Below are positions 51,600 through 64,000 of a DNA stretch of 64,000 bases, piece after piece (position 1 is the first letter of the stretch; every line of letters starts with the position of its first letter). The position numbers were made by a program, and so were the translations under genes. Source of the DNA: Perkinsus chesapeaki ATCC PRA-425 (Eukaryota > Protista > Perkinsozoa); the NCBI GenBank assembly GCA_013115145.1, contig JAAPAO010000020.1, positions 1 through 64,000 of the forward strand, in the 5' to 3' direction. The notes beneath the pieces were generated by a model. That model did not search any database and had not been told where the DNA came from. It saw only the letters and a program-made list of their open reading frames with translations.

Positions 51600-52345
51600 C
51601 GACGCTACCTCTGCGAAAAGCTGACTCGTTGTGACATCTGCCCCTGAAATACCACTACAACTCTCGCGGGAGCCACGAAGGAACTCTCACTATTGGCATC
51701 GGGCGACACCGAATTTGTGGGCTCAACCTGCAGGGCGTCTTCCGAGCTGCCTAACTTGCCACTATCCAAGGTGACCGTAACTGCATCCCATTGTACGGGA
51801 GCCTACCCACAAAACGTATGAGGTCGAACTGCATTTTCAGGACAACAACAGTGAAGTACAGAGAGGCTCAGGAGACCACATCACACATACCTTGATTTTA
51901 TTTGCCCACACAAACGCTTTGTTGGTTTCTTCGGCACCACTGCTGTCTTCAAAAGTTGAAACCAGCATCAGAATTTGCCGATCTCCCAGCACTGACAGCC
52001 CGCGCATTCGACAGTTCGCCTGGACAAAGAGTGACAACATTTCCAGAACCAATGACATAATTTCCGCTGCGACTCACTTCCCAATGTGGAGCATGTGCTT
52101 GTAGATCAATAGTATGCAACACAGATATCCCACCGTTTTTGTATCTGACGAATATCTCCACATCAAGCGAACTACCGGGTCGACCCTGCGGCAGCGATCG
52201 AGGGTAAGCCCTCAGAGCTTACTGATAGATCTGGACTTGAGCTAGGCCAAACCCACCCATTGCGAAAAGTGGTCCACGAGAACCGTATGCTCCTTCTAAC
52301 CATTTCTGGAAGGAAAGATTTTCAATGCAGTGAGGGCTGACAAAG
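51600..52345 (-). pseudogene. Degenerate hypothetical gene fragments (frame-discordant exons)
   Basis: Coding-like blocks MVSVIVFVSPH...LEGAYGSRGPLF, EIFVRYKNGGISVLHTIDLQ, LSVLGDRQILMLVSTFED in different frames, with stops. Confidence 0.3.
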
Positions 52346-53493
52346 ACGATTACGGAAACCATGTAAGTATAACTCATTAGATTAAGCTTACGTAGCGATG
52401 ATCAATCCTCTTTCTCGTTCGCTCGACAAGAGGCAGCGATGCGCTGTTATGGTCAGATTGGTCTGCCAGCTCGAATACACATAGGAAACTGAGCGACAAC
52501 AGTGGTTGAGCTGTCTAGTGCAGGTGCTGCCCCACACTGTTGTAGGCAACGTAATTGCCAATTCTCTAGAGTTATCCGGCAGCAACGATGGGAGCGCCGA
52601 GCCATCAGGCATAAGCAGCCTAGAAGAAAAATGACAAATACAGTAAAACATCTTTAATGAGGGTTGTCACCTGTCTAACGAGAGGCTCTGGGTTGATGAT
52701 TTTTCCGACCTGTACAGCGATGAAAATCGATACTCTCGCGCAGGCACCTACGCAGAGCTGCTCTGCACCTGGTCTTCGTGCGCTTCTATCCGACACACAA
52801 TGACGCCTGAGCACATATACGCAGTTATGAGAGGGTCGCCATTTCGGTGTAGCGGAGACAATCGAACCTACCTCCTCGAAAATTGATAGCGGAAGTTATA
52901 CGACCCGAACACAGGAATCTGCGTGAGCAGCTCATGCTGGAGGCACCATGTGTGAATCTGAAACCAGGTAAGATACTCTGGCAGGAGTGTAGGTTCCAGG
53001 ATACTCTACACACAGTGTCACGAGTTTTTATCCACAGGCGAATAGCTTGTCTTCAGAAGACCCCCAATCTTCGAGAATGCTTCATTTGTAAAAGGCCGAG
53101 ATCAATCGGAGGCCGCCAGCGATGACAGCTTAAGTCGACTCACTACGTACATGGAGAATCCACCAACACCGTAAATGAGGACCTTTTCCAAGTCCTTCGC
53201 AAGCTCGATGCAACAAGTTTGTGGATGCCTTGGAATTTCAGCACGAATTCTCTGAAGAACCACCAGCGGGTCAGCGCTCAGTTCCCTGAGGAAGGGAGAT
53301 GACTCACAGGGGAAATCTAAGATGGCTACATTATGCTATCTTCAGTGACCGCCACGATCATACTGGCTGATACCCATTCGATGCACCTTACATCGCCGTC
53401 GACTGCGCACCTACCAGCAGCTTGCTCCCGGAAGATCCTCGGCGAAATACCGTGCGGAGTCCTCAGTGTGACCATCTTCTTCGCTGATGGAAC

Positions 53494-53730
53494 CTACCCT
53501 GAGCTCCTTTGACGGCGCGGCATAGTAACAGAAGCGGACGACCTATCGAGTGTCAACAGAATTGGCGATACGGTATCACTGATACCGAGCTTCATCAGGC
53601 CAGTTACGTCGTTCACAATAGGATCCAGGGAGAACTTATTCCCAGTCAATTGCGGTAAATCAATCTTCTTCGTATAAACTTCATCTCCTTCGGAAAATCT
53701 GAAAAGGTCTCCGTTGTCAATCTGTGAGCG
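53494..53730 (-). CDS. Isolated exon of a hypothetical gene
   Basis: cag|IDNGDLFRFSEGDEVYTKKIDLPQ...RQRSS|gtagg, flanked by splice sites; other exons not resolved. Confidence 0.3.
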   Translation of the reverse strand, partial: RSQIDNGDLFRFSEGDEVYTKKIDLPQLTGNKFSLDPIVNDVTGLMKLGISDTVSPILLTLDRSSASVTMPRRQRSSG

Positions 53731-54459
53731 ACTGGCCACGGCACGACTTGGTGCGAACAAGCAACGCACCCAGCTAAATATCCGCAATTAACAGCCGGCT
53801 GTATGAGCTGGTAGGTAACGCTTCTACCAGCAGATCCCTAATTGAGGTAACCGTAACTGGGGTAAGCAGGCAAAGCTTATGCTACCTTTCTGGCTGCTCG
53901 TCGAGTACCTAGCAGATTGTAATTTGGGCTCGTTGGCGAACACAGGCCAGGAGATGTGAAGAGATGATCAATTTTCATTGTTAGTTGCAACCTCTCAGAA
54001 AACCTATAAACCTGTGAGCAAATGCATTAGACCCACACCGAAGTTATCGACCGATAGCTGCCGTACTGGTGTGTACGAGTTTGTCCCGATTGGAAGGGCC
54101 CTAAAGGCTGAATGGCAACATTACTGTCGGAGGCGAGGCATCAGGCTGCGCTCAGATTCGGTATTCGCTTGTGCACCCTTGAACGTTATTGCCCGGAACC
54201 AGGCAAGTATGCATGGCACGCTGTGTGTGTTCTCGCTTGATAAATCTTCGGTCCTTCCATGCACTTGAGGCACGATGCCCGCGGTACTGGAGAATGTGCT
54301 TGCTCAAGGCTTTCGTTACCAGTTTACTGTAAACGAAACATATCATCTGCCGACGTAAGCAATCACAATTACCAATAGTAAACTTTGGTAGGAAACGAAC
54401 AATACAGCAACCGAGTGATGATGGTGGTGATAAGGCAAGTCTACAGCAAAGGTGCAATA

Positions 54460-57400
54460 AGAGCGCATCGTCACCGATTTGGAAGGCAATGGTCAGCGCG
54501 TTCCTGGTAGTCTCGTGGATGCTCCTCTCCGCGGTGCTTCGCTCCTCGGCATTTATCCTTCAACTTCCTGAGTTGTTCCCGAGAGAAGAACACTTGCTTC
54601 CATGCCCTAAGTGAAGCAATAAAACGCCCAAGCCCAACGCGGATGCTCACATTAAAGCTCGTCGCTTCCGCAACAGATTTTGAACGAGATAAGAGTTCAT
54701 CTCCTGCATGTGCCGCGCCTCCTCGACTCTTTCCTCCTCCACGCGCCTAGCCGAGTCGTGATCTGAAATGTCGTCAATGCGCTGCTGATTGCTATCACGA
54801 CCGCTGCGATAGCTTACCGATCCAGGAGGATATATCATCCTGGAGAGATATGTGATCCAATCTGTCAACAAGGCCATTAGGCAAATCCGCCATCATCAGC
54901 TCATCATCGAGTATAGCTCTTCGCTCCCCCACAGTGGGCTGAGCTGGCTCCTGAAATATCTCTTCGTAAGATCAACAAAACTGAGTCCGCAAACCTCTAT
55001 CCGGCGCTTCCGCCGAGGCCGCCGGCTCCAAAGCTCTGATTCGTCACCACTGAAAACTTCGCACTCGTCGCGCACAATGCTCGGAGGCACGGGTAATGAC
55101 GGGGCAGCAGGAAACGGTTGCTGCATTTCGGCTACTGTGGTCCGAGGGACAGCCTCAATAGAGGGCTGCGGAGTGACGGGTTCAGGAGCAGGGGCCTTTG
55201 ATAAAACAGCTTGCGCCACTGTCGGTTCCACCGGTGCGCTGGGCGTAGACGACTGAGGAGGAGAGACTAGTGATAGACGGGCCCGTCAACAAGGGGAAAA
55301 TCACCCCCAGCCTCGGCAATGCCCACGCACGAGCTTACCGTGAAAATCGAGGCCCCAAAGAGAGACGTAGATGGCTCGTCCGGCTCTACGGGTCGTGCAC
55401 TATCGGCAGGCGTTGGTTTGATAATATTTGTCGGAGCGAATAACGGCGAAGCGGGAGCTTTGAGCTCCTCAGCCGCAACGAGATGCTCTTCCACAGGGCC
55501 TTTCGCGTCTTTCGAGATAAGCGCTATCTTCGGAATTACTTGTGCCTTGGCCTCGGGAGGCACCACTGGCTTGAGGCCTAGGCAAAGCACCGCAGGTGCT
55601 CGGTGATAGAGGCACCTGCTTACCTTCGAAAATAGGAACCTTTTCTGTAGTCGGTTTCTTCGCAAGTCTAGGCGACTGGGCACCCGAGGACCGCGACGGA
55701 GACAAACGCGCTGCCGGGGACGTTGCCTTTTCACCTTCAGTCGCCTGCAAATAGAACATGGGAACCAATACGCCAGGCCGTTCAAGCACTTACAGCAAAC
55801 GGCCCGGTGGTAAGTGGTGGAGCCGCGGCTTTGCTCATGACAGGTTGGAAAGGCGATACAGAAGCCTTGCTAGTAGCTACATTCTTCGCACCAAAAGGGC
55901 TTGAGGAAGGCGCTGCCACAGTCTCGCCAGATACAGCTCCGAAGGGACTGGTGGAGGACCCCGAAGCGGGTTTACTTGCCGCTCCGAAGGGCCCGCTGGT
56001 AGTAGTCGGAAACGCGCTTGCAGTCTTGGCAAATGGTCCCGAGGATGCCACCTTCGCGCTAACCCCGAAAGGGCTACTGGACGGTGTTAAGGCTGTCACA
56101 TGCCCAAATGGAGATTTACCCTACAACGAGTGGCGAACAATCGCTGAAATTGCACCGCCACTATGGCCTACCGTAACTGCTCCCGGATGCACCGCACCGA
56201 AGGGAGTAGCTCCTCCGGGTTTTATCGCTCCAAAGGGAGTAGCTCCTGCTGATTGCGCCGCACCGAAGGCAGTAGCTCCTGCTGATTGCGCCGCACCGAA
56301 GGGAGTAGCTCCTGCTGATTGCGCCGCACCGAAGGGAGTAGCTCCTGCTGGTTGAACAGCCCCAAATGGAGTAGCTCCAGCCGGTTGCGTCGCAGCAAAG
56401 GGGGTCACGTTCGCCTTGGGCAATGCGGTGGCTTTATTGGGCATCAGTACAGCTATTTTTTCCTTCAGGGGTTGGGGGGCCTTAGTCGGTCGAACGGGAG
56501 GTGGAAGGGACCGTCGGACTGGAGGAGCCGGTCGCATTGGCTTCATCACAAATGAGCCAGCAAGTCTGAAGCAGCAGACATCCACACCGCAGGGCAGTGA
56601 GGTTTTCCATCACCCCGGGTCTATGGCGCCGATGACGATATCCTTCAAAGTGACACCCGAGTCCAACAGTTGATCGTACTTCCGTGCTAATATAGGGTCG
56701 ACCTACAAGGAGAATGAGATTGCATAGAAAATACAAATCGTAGTTCGGAGTGGCTCGCAATACGGAAAAGGCAGAATCCGAATATGATACAAATGTAACG
56801 AAGTACGAACTACAAAGCTTATGTAATGATACAACAAGGGCAATACCCGTCATCTAGTCTATACCTTTCAGAAACATTTTTCGCGCACAAGGCCACCAAT
56901 TCAGAGAATAAAGAAATCACTTTCGCGAAGAAGGATTACAGCTCCACGGATAAAGACAGCTATTTCACTTTTTTGAGCTCAGCTAGTTTCAATGTATACA
57001 ATATAGGTCGGTTTTATATAGGAGCCTTACAGTTTGAGGGAAAGTGCACCTCATGACGGTGTGATCAGCATTGACGTTCTCTCCCAGACGCTCGGTAAAC
57101 TCTTTACGAAGTCCCCAAGTCCACGATTCTGGCACTTCCTGATGGGTCTGGTGCACCTGATATAACATAATCTATACAAGGAAGATTAATCTACTTACCC
57201 AATCATCGCTAGATAGCCACCATTTATACGGCAGCCGTAGCATCCTCGGCGGTAGAAGGCACTCGATCCCCTGCGGAGAGAGGAGCTCGTCGGCAGAAGG
57301 GTCAACGTCGAGGTTGGTCGTCGAATCCATCACCTACACCGTACAGCTGACCTAGTCAGGAAAAAGGGGGCTCACTCGGCAGCCGTGGTACTGCAAGAAT

Positions 57401-58997
57401 TCAGCGCACATCGAGGGGTCCTCCAAAAACAGCATCTCTTGCATCGACTGAACAAGGAGTACGTCTTGTAGTATGCATAGTTTGGACATCTACCTGTAAA
57501 GATACTCTCTCGGGCCTCGGAGCTCTTGCTGGATGCCCCTCTCCTTTAGGAAGTAAAAACGGCCGGTTAGTTCGGACAACGTCATATAAGACGCGGGAAC
57601 GGCAAAGGAAGGCGATCTGCAAGAATAGCGATACTCATCATCACAGGTTACTCAGACGTTAGCCTTCTACTGGCATGAGAGCAGTTGCGGTGAGGAAGTC
57701 CGTCGATGTGCTTGCATACGTTTGGAGCACTCGAGACCACTGACCGACTCGAAACCAGTTCACCACGTTTAATGCAAGCCTGAAACAGGTAAGTCAGAAC
57801 AGGCCGAGTTCCGCGAATCTTCCTCAGATCTCACCTGACATTAGGGTGGGCGAAGACCTCAGGCTGCTGCTTTGCCAGTTTATCAATGTAGAAGAGCACG
57901 CGAGTAGTGTCACCGTTACATAGCAATATTAGTATAATGTACCTAAGGGCAATACTGCTGATGGATAACATACCGTTAAATCCCACCTGTGGATGGCTGC
58001 CTCTCGCGCCACTGTCCTATCGTCCGCCTCTCGATCGTCGTTTTGCACAACATAGCTGAGCGTTAGAGGATCGATGGTTTGCGCGATCGAGTTCAACGAC
58101 AGCTGCCAATTGAACTTCCTGTCCGCACCTACATAGCGGACATCAACACAGGGGCCAATAGGCAGACGGCGGCATACCCTCTCCAAAGTTGCGGCCCCAG
58201 AGCCGGAAAATGCTAAGTATCTCGAACCGAAGACACCACTCGTGGATATCCGTGAAGACCTGGGAGTGGACGAGGTTCTGCACGTGAAGGTCGACCCTCA
58301 CTGCGCGTGTTCCTGAGCAGGACAAGGATTCATGCTGCTTCACGCCTACGTGGGGCCTCACGGTCTCGAAGGAAGGAATAAATGTCAAAGTAAGTAGCAA
58401 GCTGGCAGTCGGGATGATATCCTTCTTTGGGGTTGATGTCGAAATCCAACACATTGTCCAGAAGATACCTGAGAGCAATATCCGTCACGCGCCATGAAAT
58501 ATGGATGCTGACATCATTGAGTCGTAGCATGCCCGCTCGGTCCTGATATCCGATGCCGAGTACACCTTGTCCGCAGACGACCGCTGGTATCTGTCAAGGA
58601 GGGGATCGTTGAGTGATCTAAGAGAAAGTCGGTATCAGCTGGTCGCCGCCTACTTCTTCACCATCAGACTCGGGTTCGCCTTCGGTCGTCCCTCATAGTC
58701 TTCGACGGCTCTCTCAAACTTGTCAATCTGAAACCCGAGTCACCAATGCCCGTCTCCAAAACGCCTCTTACTTGTCGGGTTTGTTGTCGGTCTAAAACCT
58801 CCTTCTCCGAGCAATTGGTCTCAAGTTCCCCAACAGTTCCCCCTGTTCCTGCATAAACCATACCAACCCGCACACAACGGCTGTCTACCTTCATCAGCAC
58901 TGCCATCCATGGGGGGAGGTGGCGGTGTCATCACCTCGCTCGAATCACTCGTATCAGTATGCCGGCGCTGATGCTGTTGCCGGCCGCGGTTAAGCAT
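54460..58997 (-). CDS. SAC3: SAC3/GANP-family TREX-2 scaffold with internal FG-repeat region and C-terminal CID-like helix (3' end approximate)
   Basis: TNCSEKEVLDRQQTRQIDKFE, MVKK|YQRSSAD..SDIR, YSFLRDR|TRAVRVDLHVQ, IHEWCLRFEILS, HPNVRLALNVV..GQWSRVLQ, WH segment EMLFLED..AEFLQYHG, then xPFGA repeats and RRVEEERVEE...LRAWKQVF. Confidence 0.85.
56194..56410 (-). repeat. 33-bp coding tandem repeat (11 aa, GATPFGAAQSA), about 6.5 copies
   Basis: Units start on the + strand at 56194, 56227, 56260, 56293, 56326, 56359 and 56392. Confidence 0.92.
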
Positions 58998-59076
58998 ACC
59001 CGCAACCACCAGCGGGAGAACTACATCAGGTAGCGCTCGTCGTCCCCGAACACAACAACAGTGAAGACACTCATGC

Positions 59077-59707
59077 TCATGGCAAGTATTCACTCAGGCG
59101 ATCTCTGACGCCTTCTTGAAGGGCCGCCATGATCGGCGGCCAGGCCTCCTCCGTGTAGGTGTATGGATCAGGAATGCTCTCCAGTGTAAGCATCTCGATA
59201 CGCGTGCCAGCCTAAGCAGGCAGCTGCTACCAATTCGTTCCTCAGATGAAAGCACGCACGCCGCACTGCTTGGCTAAGGCCTTCAAACGCTCGACGTGTC
59301 CCTTGTCCATACCTTAAGCAACTCGTGATCGAGCTAAGATATCTCCGGTGAGCTGATTCAAGAAACCAATCACCACCATCATACGGTTGTACGCCGGTAA
59401 GAACTCGAAGCGAAGAGGACCGCACCTTCCTCGACGCATGTTTCCGTTCCTGCGTAGTATCGTAACCTTGCGCAGATAACAACTTGATCGCCAAAGGGTT
59501 CATGGGCTGGCCCGGTTGAGCATCGAGACCAGCTGACCTGATGATTCCAGCTCCTTCCCGCAGACCTAGCCACCTGCCCTACTCGATATTAGGTATATCC
59601 TCCGATGATTTGGCGAGAAGATGGTATGAATAATACTGGGCCACAGCTGACCGACAGGTGTTCCCTGTGCAGACGAATAGTATGTCTATCGGGGCGGCGG
59701 CGCTCAT
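59077..59707 (-). CDS. Low-molecular-weight phosphatase (LMW-PTP fold) with YwlE-type P-loop, multi-exon; not captured as such in the ORF track
   Basis: MSAAAPIDILFVCTGNTCRSAVAQ, IE|SAGLDAQPGQPMNP, KHASRK, GMDKGH, IPDPYTY...GVRDRL; 45- and 46-nt introns restore the frame; middle splice ambiguous. Confidence 0.88.
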
Positions 59708-59957
59708 GAGAACGCTGTGCGGCCGCAAGGTGCTAAAGTACCGCAACACAAGGCGTATTAAGTGTCAGCTCCCATTGGAAATCAATTTCATGGCGCGTGA
59801 CGTCGCCGCTTCATCTATTAATCGAATTCCACCTCATCATCATCATCCCAATCGTCATAAGATTCCTCTCTCTCCAGTGTTGCCTCCCTCTGAAAAGTGA
59901 TTACCATACAACCAGAAAAGGCGCGGAGACTTCGGCGGTACCCCCCAGCAGGCCACC

Positions 59958-62900
59958 CTAGTTAACAAGCCCTTGAAGTAGCTGGTTCGTAGTCTTTAAC
60001 AGCTCAACAGTTCCATTGCCAAACAGTCTACTATCTTCTGCCTACCTTCCCTGTTGCCAACCCCGTGCTTGTACGCTGTACTGCTGCAATCCTATCATCA
60101 TCTTCACTGCCCTCTGACGGCGGTGTAGGACATTCCTCTGGAATTGACTCTTCATCGCACTCTTCTTTCGGGGACACTGAGCAATATCTTCACTCAATCC
60201 ACCGAGGCCCTACTTCCTACAGAGATCTCGCTGGGCGACCAGTGCTAGATGGGACGAGGCCGGCAAGGGCTGAAAGACAGGACCCACGATTGCGCCCCAA
60301 CTAGGCGGTTACCCACCGCCGCCGTTGGCTTCTGGCTGGCCTTCTGTTGAGTGTCTCCTTCAGTGCCGAGGTTCACTACAATGCGCGGCTTCACGTCCGA
60401 GTCTCCTGCGCCGGAAGAGACGGTATTGCTCGCAGAGCGCTACTTCGCCCTACTGGACCTGTCTCTATCCTCGTTAGCTCGGGAACACTCTGCCGCACCA
60501 GAGCCAGTTGGCTTGGATGGCTGTGAGTCCCGAAGCGACGTGGAGAAAGTCATAGGAGCGTCGGCGTCGTAATTCCCCCGCGAGAGGTCCAAGTCGCTAC
60601 TCAGCCCCGAAAGTTCATCGCCGTTGCTCCACCGTGGCACTGCCGGAGTAGCCGGTGACGCGGATGTAGGACTCTCTTCTATGAAGTATGCGTGCTTCTG
60701 TTGTGCCCTTACACCCTCGACAGGCGATACAGCTTTCTCTGCGCTCGAGCCACGATCGACTGACCCAGTGGGCGCCGCAGCGGCGAGTGGCTTCTCACCA
60801 TCCTAGGAGGAGTTGGTTAAACTACTCTGTAATACACTGAGAAGCAACGTACCTCTTTAGAATTGCCAAGAGCTGCCACACGCTCCTGCGGCTGCTGCTG
60901 CTGCACCCTTGTGTTCGGTAGCGCCACTGTACTCTTATCACTGATTGGGGCAGCATGAAGCCGCTGGTTCATCTACAATGGCTCGCGTGGTGTTGCTATC
61001 CACTGACGTGATGCATTTACTTCGCTTGTGGAGCCAGCTTCGCCAGAAATAACATCATCGCTTCCCTTCAGCTTTCCCAGCATACCAATTTTCGCCTAAT
61101 AATGCGGAACTTCCAACAGCTAGCATCCCCAAAGAGAATCACGGCAATAGTCGTCCACCTGTGCCTTATCATCAACACTCTGCCATCGACGCAGACGGTC
61201 CACTTCCTCGAGCAGTTTCTCTGACTGTCCCCTCAAGTCCCTCACCTCCCCTTTCACGCTATCAACGACCCCCTTCAACTTCCTCATCTCTCCCACAGCA
61301 CCCTCTACGGTGGTGATGCCCTTAACCCTATCGACCAAAGCCCTCTCATCAACCTCCAGCTTATCCACTCTCCTCTCAATTATCTCTTCCCATCCATCCT
61401 CCTCAGTATACCTCTGCCACAACTCCCCCAGCTTCTCTCTGTCCTGCACCAAGCTCTCTTCTATCATCGCGATGACATCTTCTCTGCCTTTGTTCCTCCA
61501 CAGTTCATCAACCTTTTTGCCGTCCCTGGATATCTTCGCCTCAGCCTCCTCGAGCCGGTCTGCCAACCCATCAACTTTTTCCTCGATTTCTGTTACTCTG
61601 CTGCTTCGCTCCGCTGTAACCGACGACCTCATTTGCTCAACGCTACGCTGGAGCCCCGAGAACTTCCGCTCCAGCTCTTCGCCTACCATACCCACTTTTC
61701 CGCCGCACTCCTTGTCCCCCAGCAATTTTCTCAGATGCGCTTCCATCTCTCCCAGCTTGCCGTTGCGCCTATTAACATCCTCAACGACCCCCGCCAAATT
61801 GGTGGAGAGCTCATCTGAAAGTATCAACGTAACCACGAGACCCACTCGGGTCGAGATCGGAATACAAATCGGTAAAGAATACAATACACAGATTGTTCGT
61901 TTTTGAAGAGCCCCACCCTGCAGCTCCTTACGACGAGCGAGTTAGGGCTCGAGCCTCATATAGCGCTCGAATTCAAACTACTTTGCAACAAAAAGTTACA
62001 GTAGAGGAGTCCCTCCATGGACCATAAATTCATAGACTGAACCTTTACATACTCATTTACATTCATAATGAGTATGTAAAGTACCAGAGAGTATGGTGGG
62101 AATAACAGGCAATGCGGGAAAGAGATGGTATGTGTCTCCAAGACAACGGACAAGATAGAGAGCTTATACAGTAAGACCTTTGGAAAACTCCCCAACGACG
62201 AGCTGCGAGAGGTTTCAACGCAACTGCAGTAACTTCGAAGAGTAACTCGTAGCTTACCTATCATTGCCCTTTGCTGAGCACTCTGTGTCTCCAATGCCTC
62301 CACCGCGGCCTTCACCTCGCCCACATTCACGGCTGCTATATGCCTCCCCCCTCCTCCTCCACTGTCCATCCTTCTCTGCAACCTTTCTATCGCTTCCGCC
62401 TGTCCACTGATAGCCTTCCTTAATCTAGCCATTGAGTCCTCAACACACTCTATAGAGGACCCCATCCGTGGCGATATTCCCTCCAACTTCTTCTCTATTT
62501 CTGATATCCTCATTAACATTGACCTCTCCACGCTTTCTTGAAACCCATCAAGCTTCGCATCCAGCGCCTTCTCAATGCTCTCCAGCCTAACCCTGAGTGC
62601 ACTGTCCACCGTACTGAGTTGGTCCCTAGTAACACTCTCGCCAGAAGGACCACGGTGCCCCCAGGCATCACTGGTGCAGGGCGACCTGTCGCCTTCCACG
62701 AAGCCATCCATCCTAATCGACTGTCGTCTGCACTCGTTCTTCACCGCTTCCATCTCCCTTTGTATCAGAGCCACTTCGCTGGCCATTCTCCTCTCCAGAG
62801 CTGCAATGGCATTCCCCGCTTCACTCGAGGCCCCTCTAGCAGCTGCCTGCTGAGCCTGAGTATGGAAGCTGCGTATCAAACTGCTTCTGTGGGGCCACTT

Positions 62901-64000
62901 CTTTTATTCGATGGAGCTCGTGTATAAGACCATCTATCGCCTCCTGCTGGCGTAGCATAGCCGAGGCCACATCGTACCTGAGCCGCTTGAGGACTGCCCT
63001 CAGCTTGCCCCTCGCCCAGGAGACGTAGCTCATCACTGCTTGCGAATGACTACAGTACCAACGCACCATATCCGTTCGCAATCAGTAAGTATCAATTTTT
63101 ATTATATCTGTCGGATACAGCAATATTAACTAATTAGGAGGGCAGGAGCACAAGGAAGCCGGGACCAACGAATGCCAAGCCGTCGCTCTATCTGTCTCTA
63201 GTGGATAGCGGTGCCCGTCGCACAGTAGCTCAGTACGAGACTGTTGGCAAGCCGTAGGAGGGAGATAACATACGTCGCGTTCCCTGGTGCTGATGCCGAT
63301 CTAGGGGAATCAATTGAATGACGTCGAGTATAGGAGCGATGGACCTGCAGCAACCCTTGCACCCGGGTTCGATCCCTGGCACAGGCACCTCGACAAAAGG
63401 CATTTTAGAAGCTGCCGCCCCGCCGAAGAGTGACGTCGGTAGGTCTCTGGATGATATCGACCGCGGAGGTGACCGTCCAATCTCCATCAGGTGCTTATCA
63501 GTCTCTGCCAGTATTTTGGCCACAGCATTCCTATCATACCTGCAGTCCGACATTTTAGAGGCAAAACTGGCTAACTCCTACATAGACGATGCCAGTGAAG
63601 GCGAAAGGCCTAAGTTCGGGGAATATTGCATAAACGGGCTGCTCTTCCCTAGGGAACGGTCGTCCAACTAAAATCACTATTTGTTCGGAAACAACGTCAT
63701 CCCATCGGTAGCTTCGCCGTGGCGGCCGCTGACCAGCGTATTCTGACACCTCTATCCATGTGGCTATCAACGACATGTTCTCTATGTAAAACTCTTGCCA
63801 GTAGGCGTTCCCTTCCTTCGTCTACTGCTGCCTCTTCTTCCCCAGTCTCAGCCGTCACCGTATTCCTCCGCTGTGCCCCTCGCTCCCTCAATGGTCTTGT
63901 ACCCTCCATCTTTCGCTGGCCAGTCTGGTGACCGCCGCCACCAGTAGCCGTTGCCGTTCGTTTGTGTTGCTGCAGCGCTATCGGTTTCGGATCTTTAGTG
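59958..64000 (-). CDS. Large coiled-coil/low-complexity protein, multi-exon, 5' end beyond the window
   Basis: Exon ORFs 61120-61884, 61956-62879, 63230-63553 and 63697-63909 are rich in E/K/R heptads; frame is open to the window edge. Confidence 0.6.

Noticed and set aside
53319-53329. 11-nt match (GTAGCCATCTT, minus strand) to the perkinsid spliced leader as I recall it
   Set aside because: Flanks do not match, it is not upstream of a clear ATG, and such a partial match is plausible by chance in 128 kb
55723-56355. 210-aa plus-strand APKG-repeat ORF
   Set aside because: Antisense shadow of the PFGA repeats of the SAC3/GANP gene
59540-59590. In-frame TAG in the phosphatase as read-through or recoding
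   Set aside because: Removed by a 45-nt intron that yields the canonical IESAG motif
59648-59671. Phosphatase as arsenate reductase ArsC
   Set aside because: P-loop has Thr rather than Ser, and the resolving cysteine pair is not evident
61310-61906. 198-aa Ser-rich minus-strand ORF in an alternate frame, as listed in the track
   Set aside because: Composition matches the mirror of the E/K-rich coiled-coil exon, not an independent gene
63366-63375. B-box-like GGTTCGATCC
   Set aside because: Antisense to coding sequence (VPGIEPG); no tRNA fold

Overview
Gene-dense, intron-rich eukaryotic DNA with about 40-60 nt GT-AG introns, short intergenic gaps and one 96-N assembly gap. The gene set and intron style are most consistent with a perkinsid alveolate such as Perkinsus (inference, not verified). 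The supplied ORF track mostly shows single exons, so I spliced gene models by hand; boundaries marked approximate are uncertain. Recognisable genes: PRMT7/9-like arginine methyltransferase, RBM26/27-like RRM protein, NOL1/NOP2/Sun methyltransferase, AMT1-type ammonium transporter, a DUF288/STELLO-like glycosyltransferase domain apparently spliced in frame to an NDP-sugar epimerase/reductase, an Rdx/SelW-fold protein, SNAPC3, an OFD1-like LisH/coiled-coil protein hosting tRNA-Lys(CTT) in an intron, SUV3 helicase, a large ARM-repeat protein with a MEI1/PRD1-like N-terminus, type I-alpha DAHP synthase, a Rab GTPase, SAC3/GANP with internal FG repeats, and a low-molecular-weight phosphatase with the YwlE-type CTGNTCRS loop. 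The most novel-looking items are the STELLO-SDR fusion, the YwlE-like candidate arginine phosphatase, the rearranged GANP, the MEI1/PRD1-like gene, and several tRNA-related sequences inside introns. No rRNA, CRISPR array or intact transposon was seen. All family assignments come from motif recognition from memory; no database search was run.
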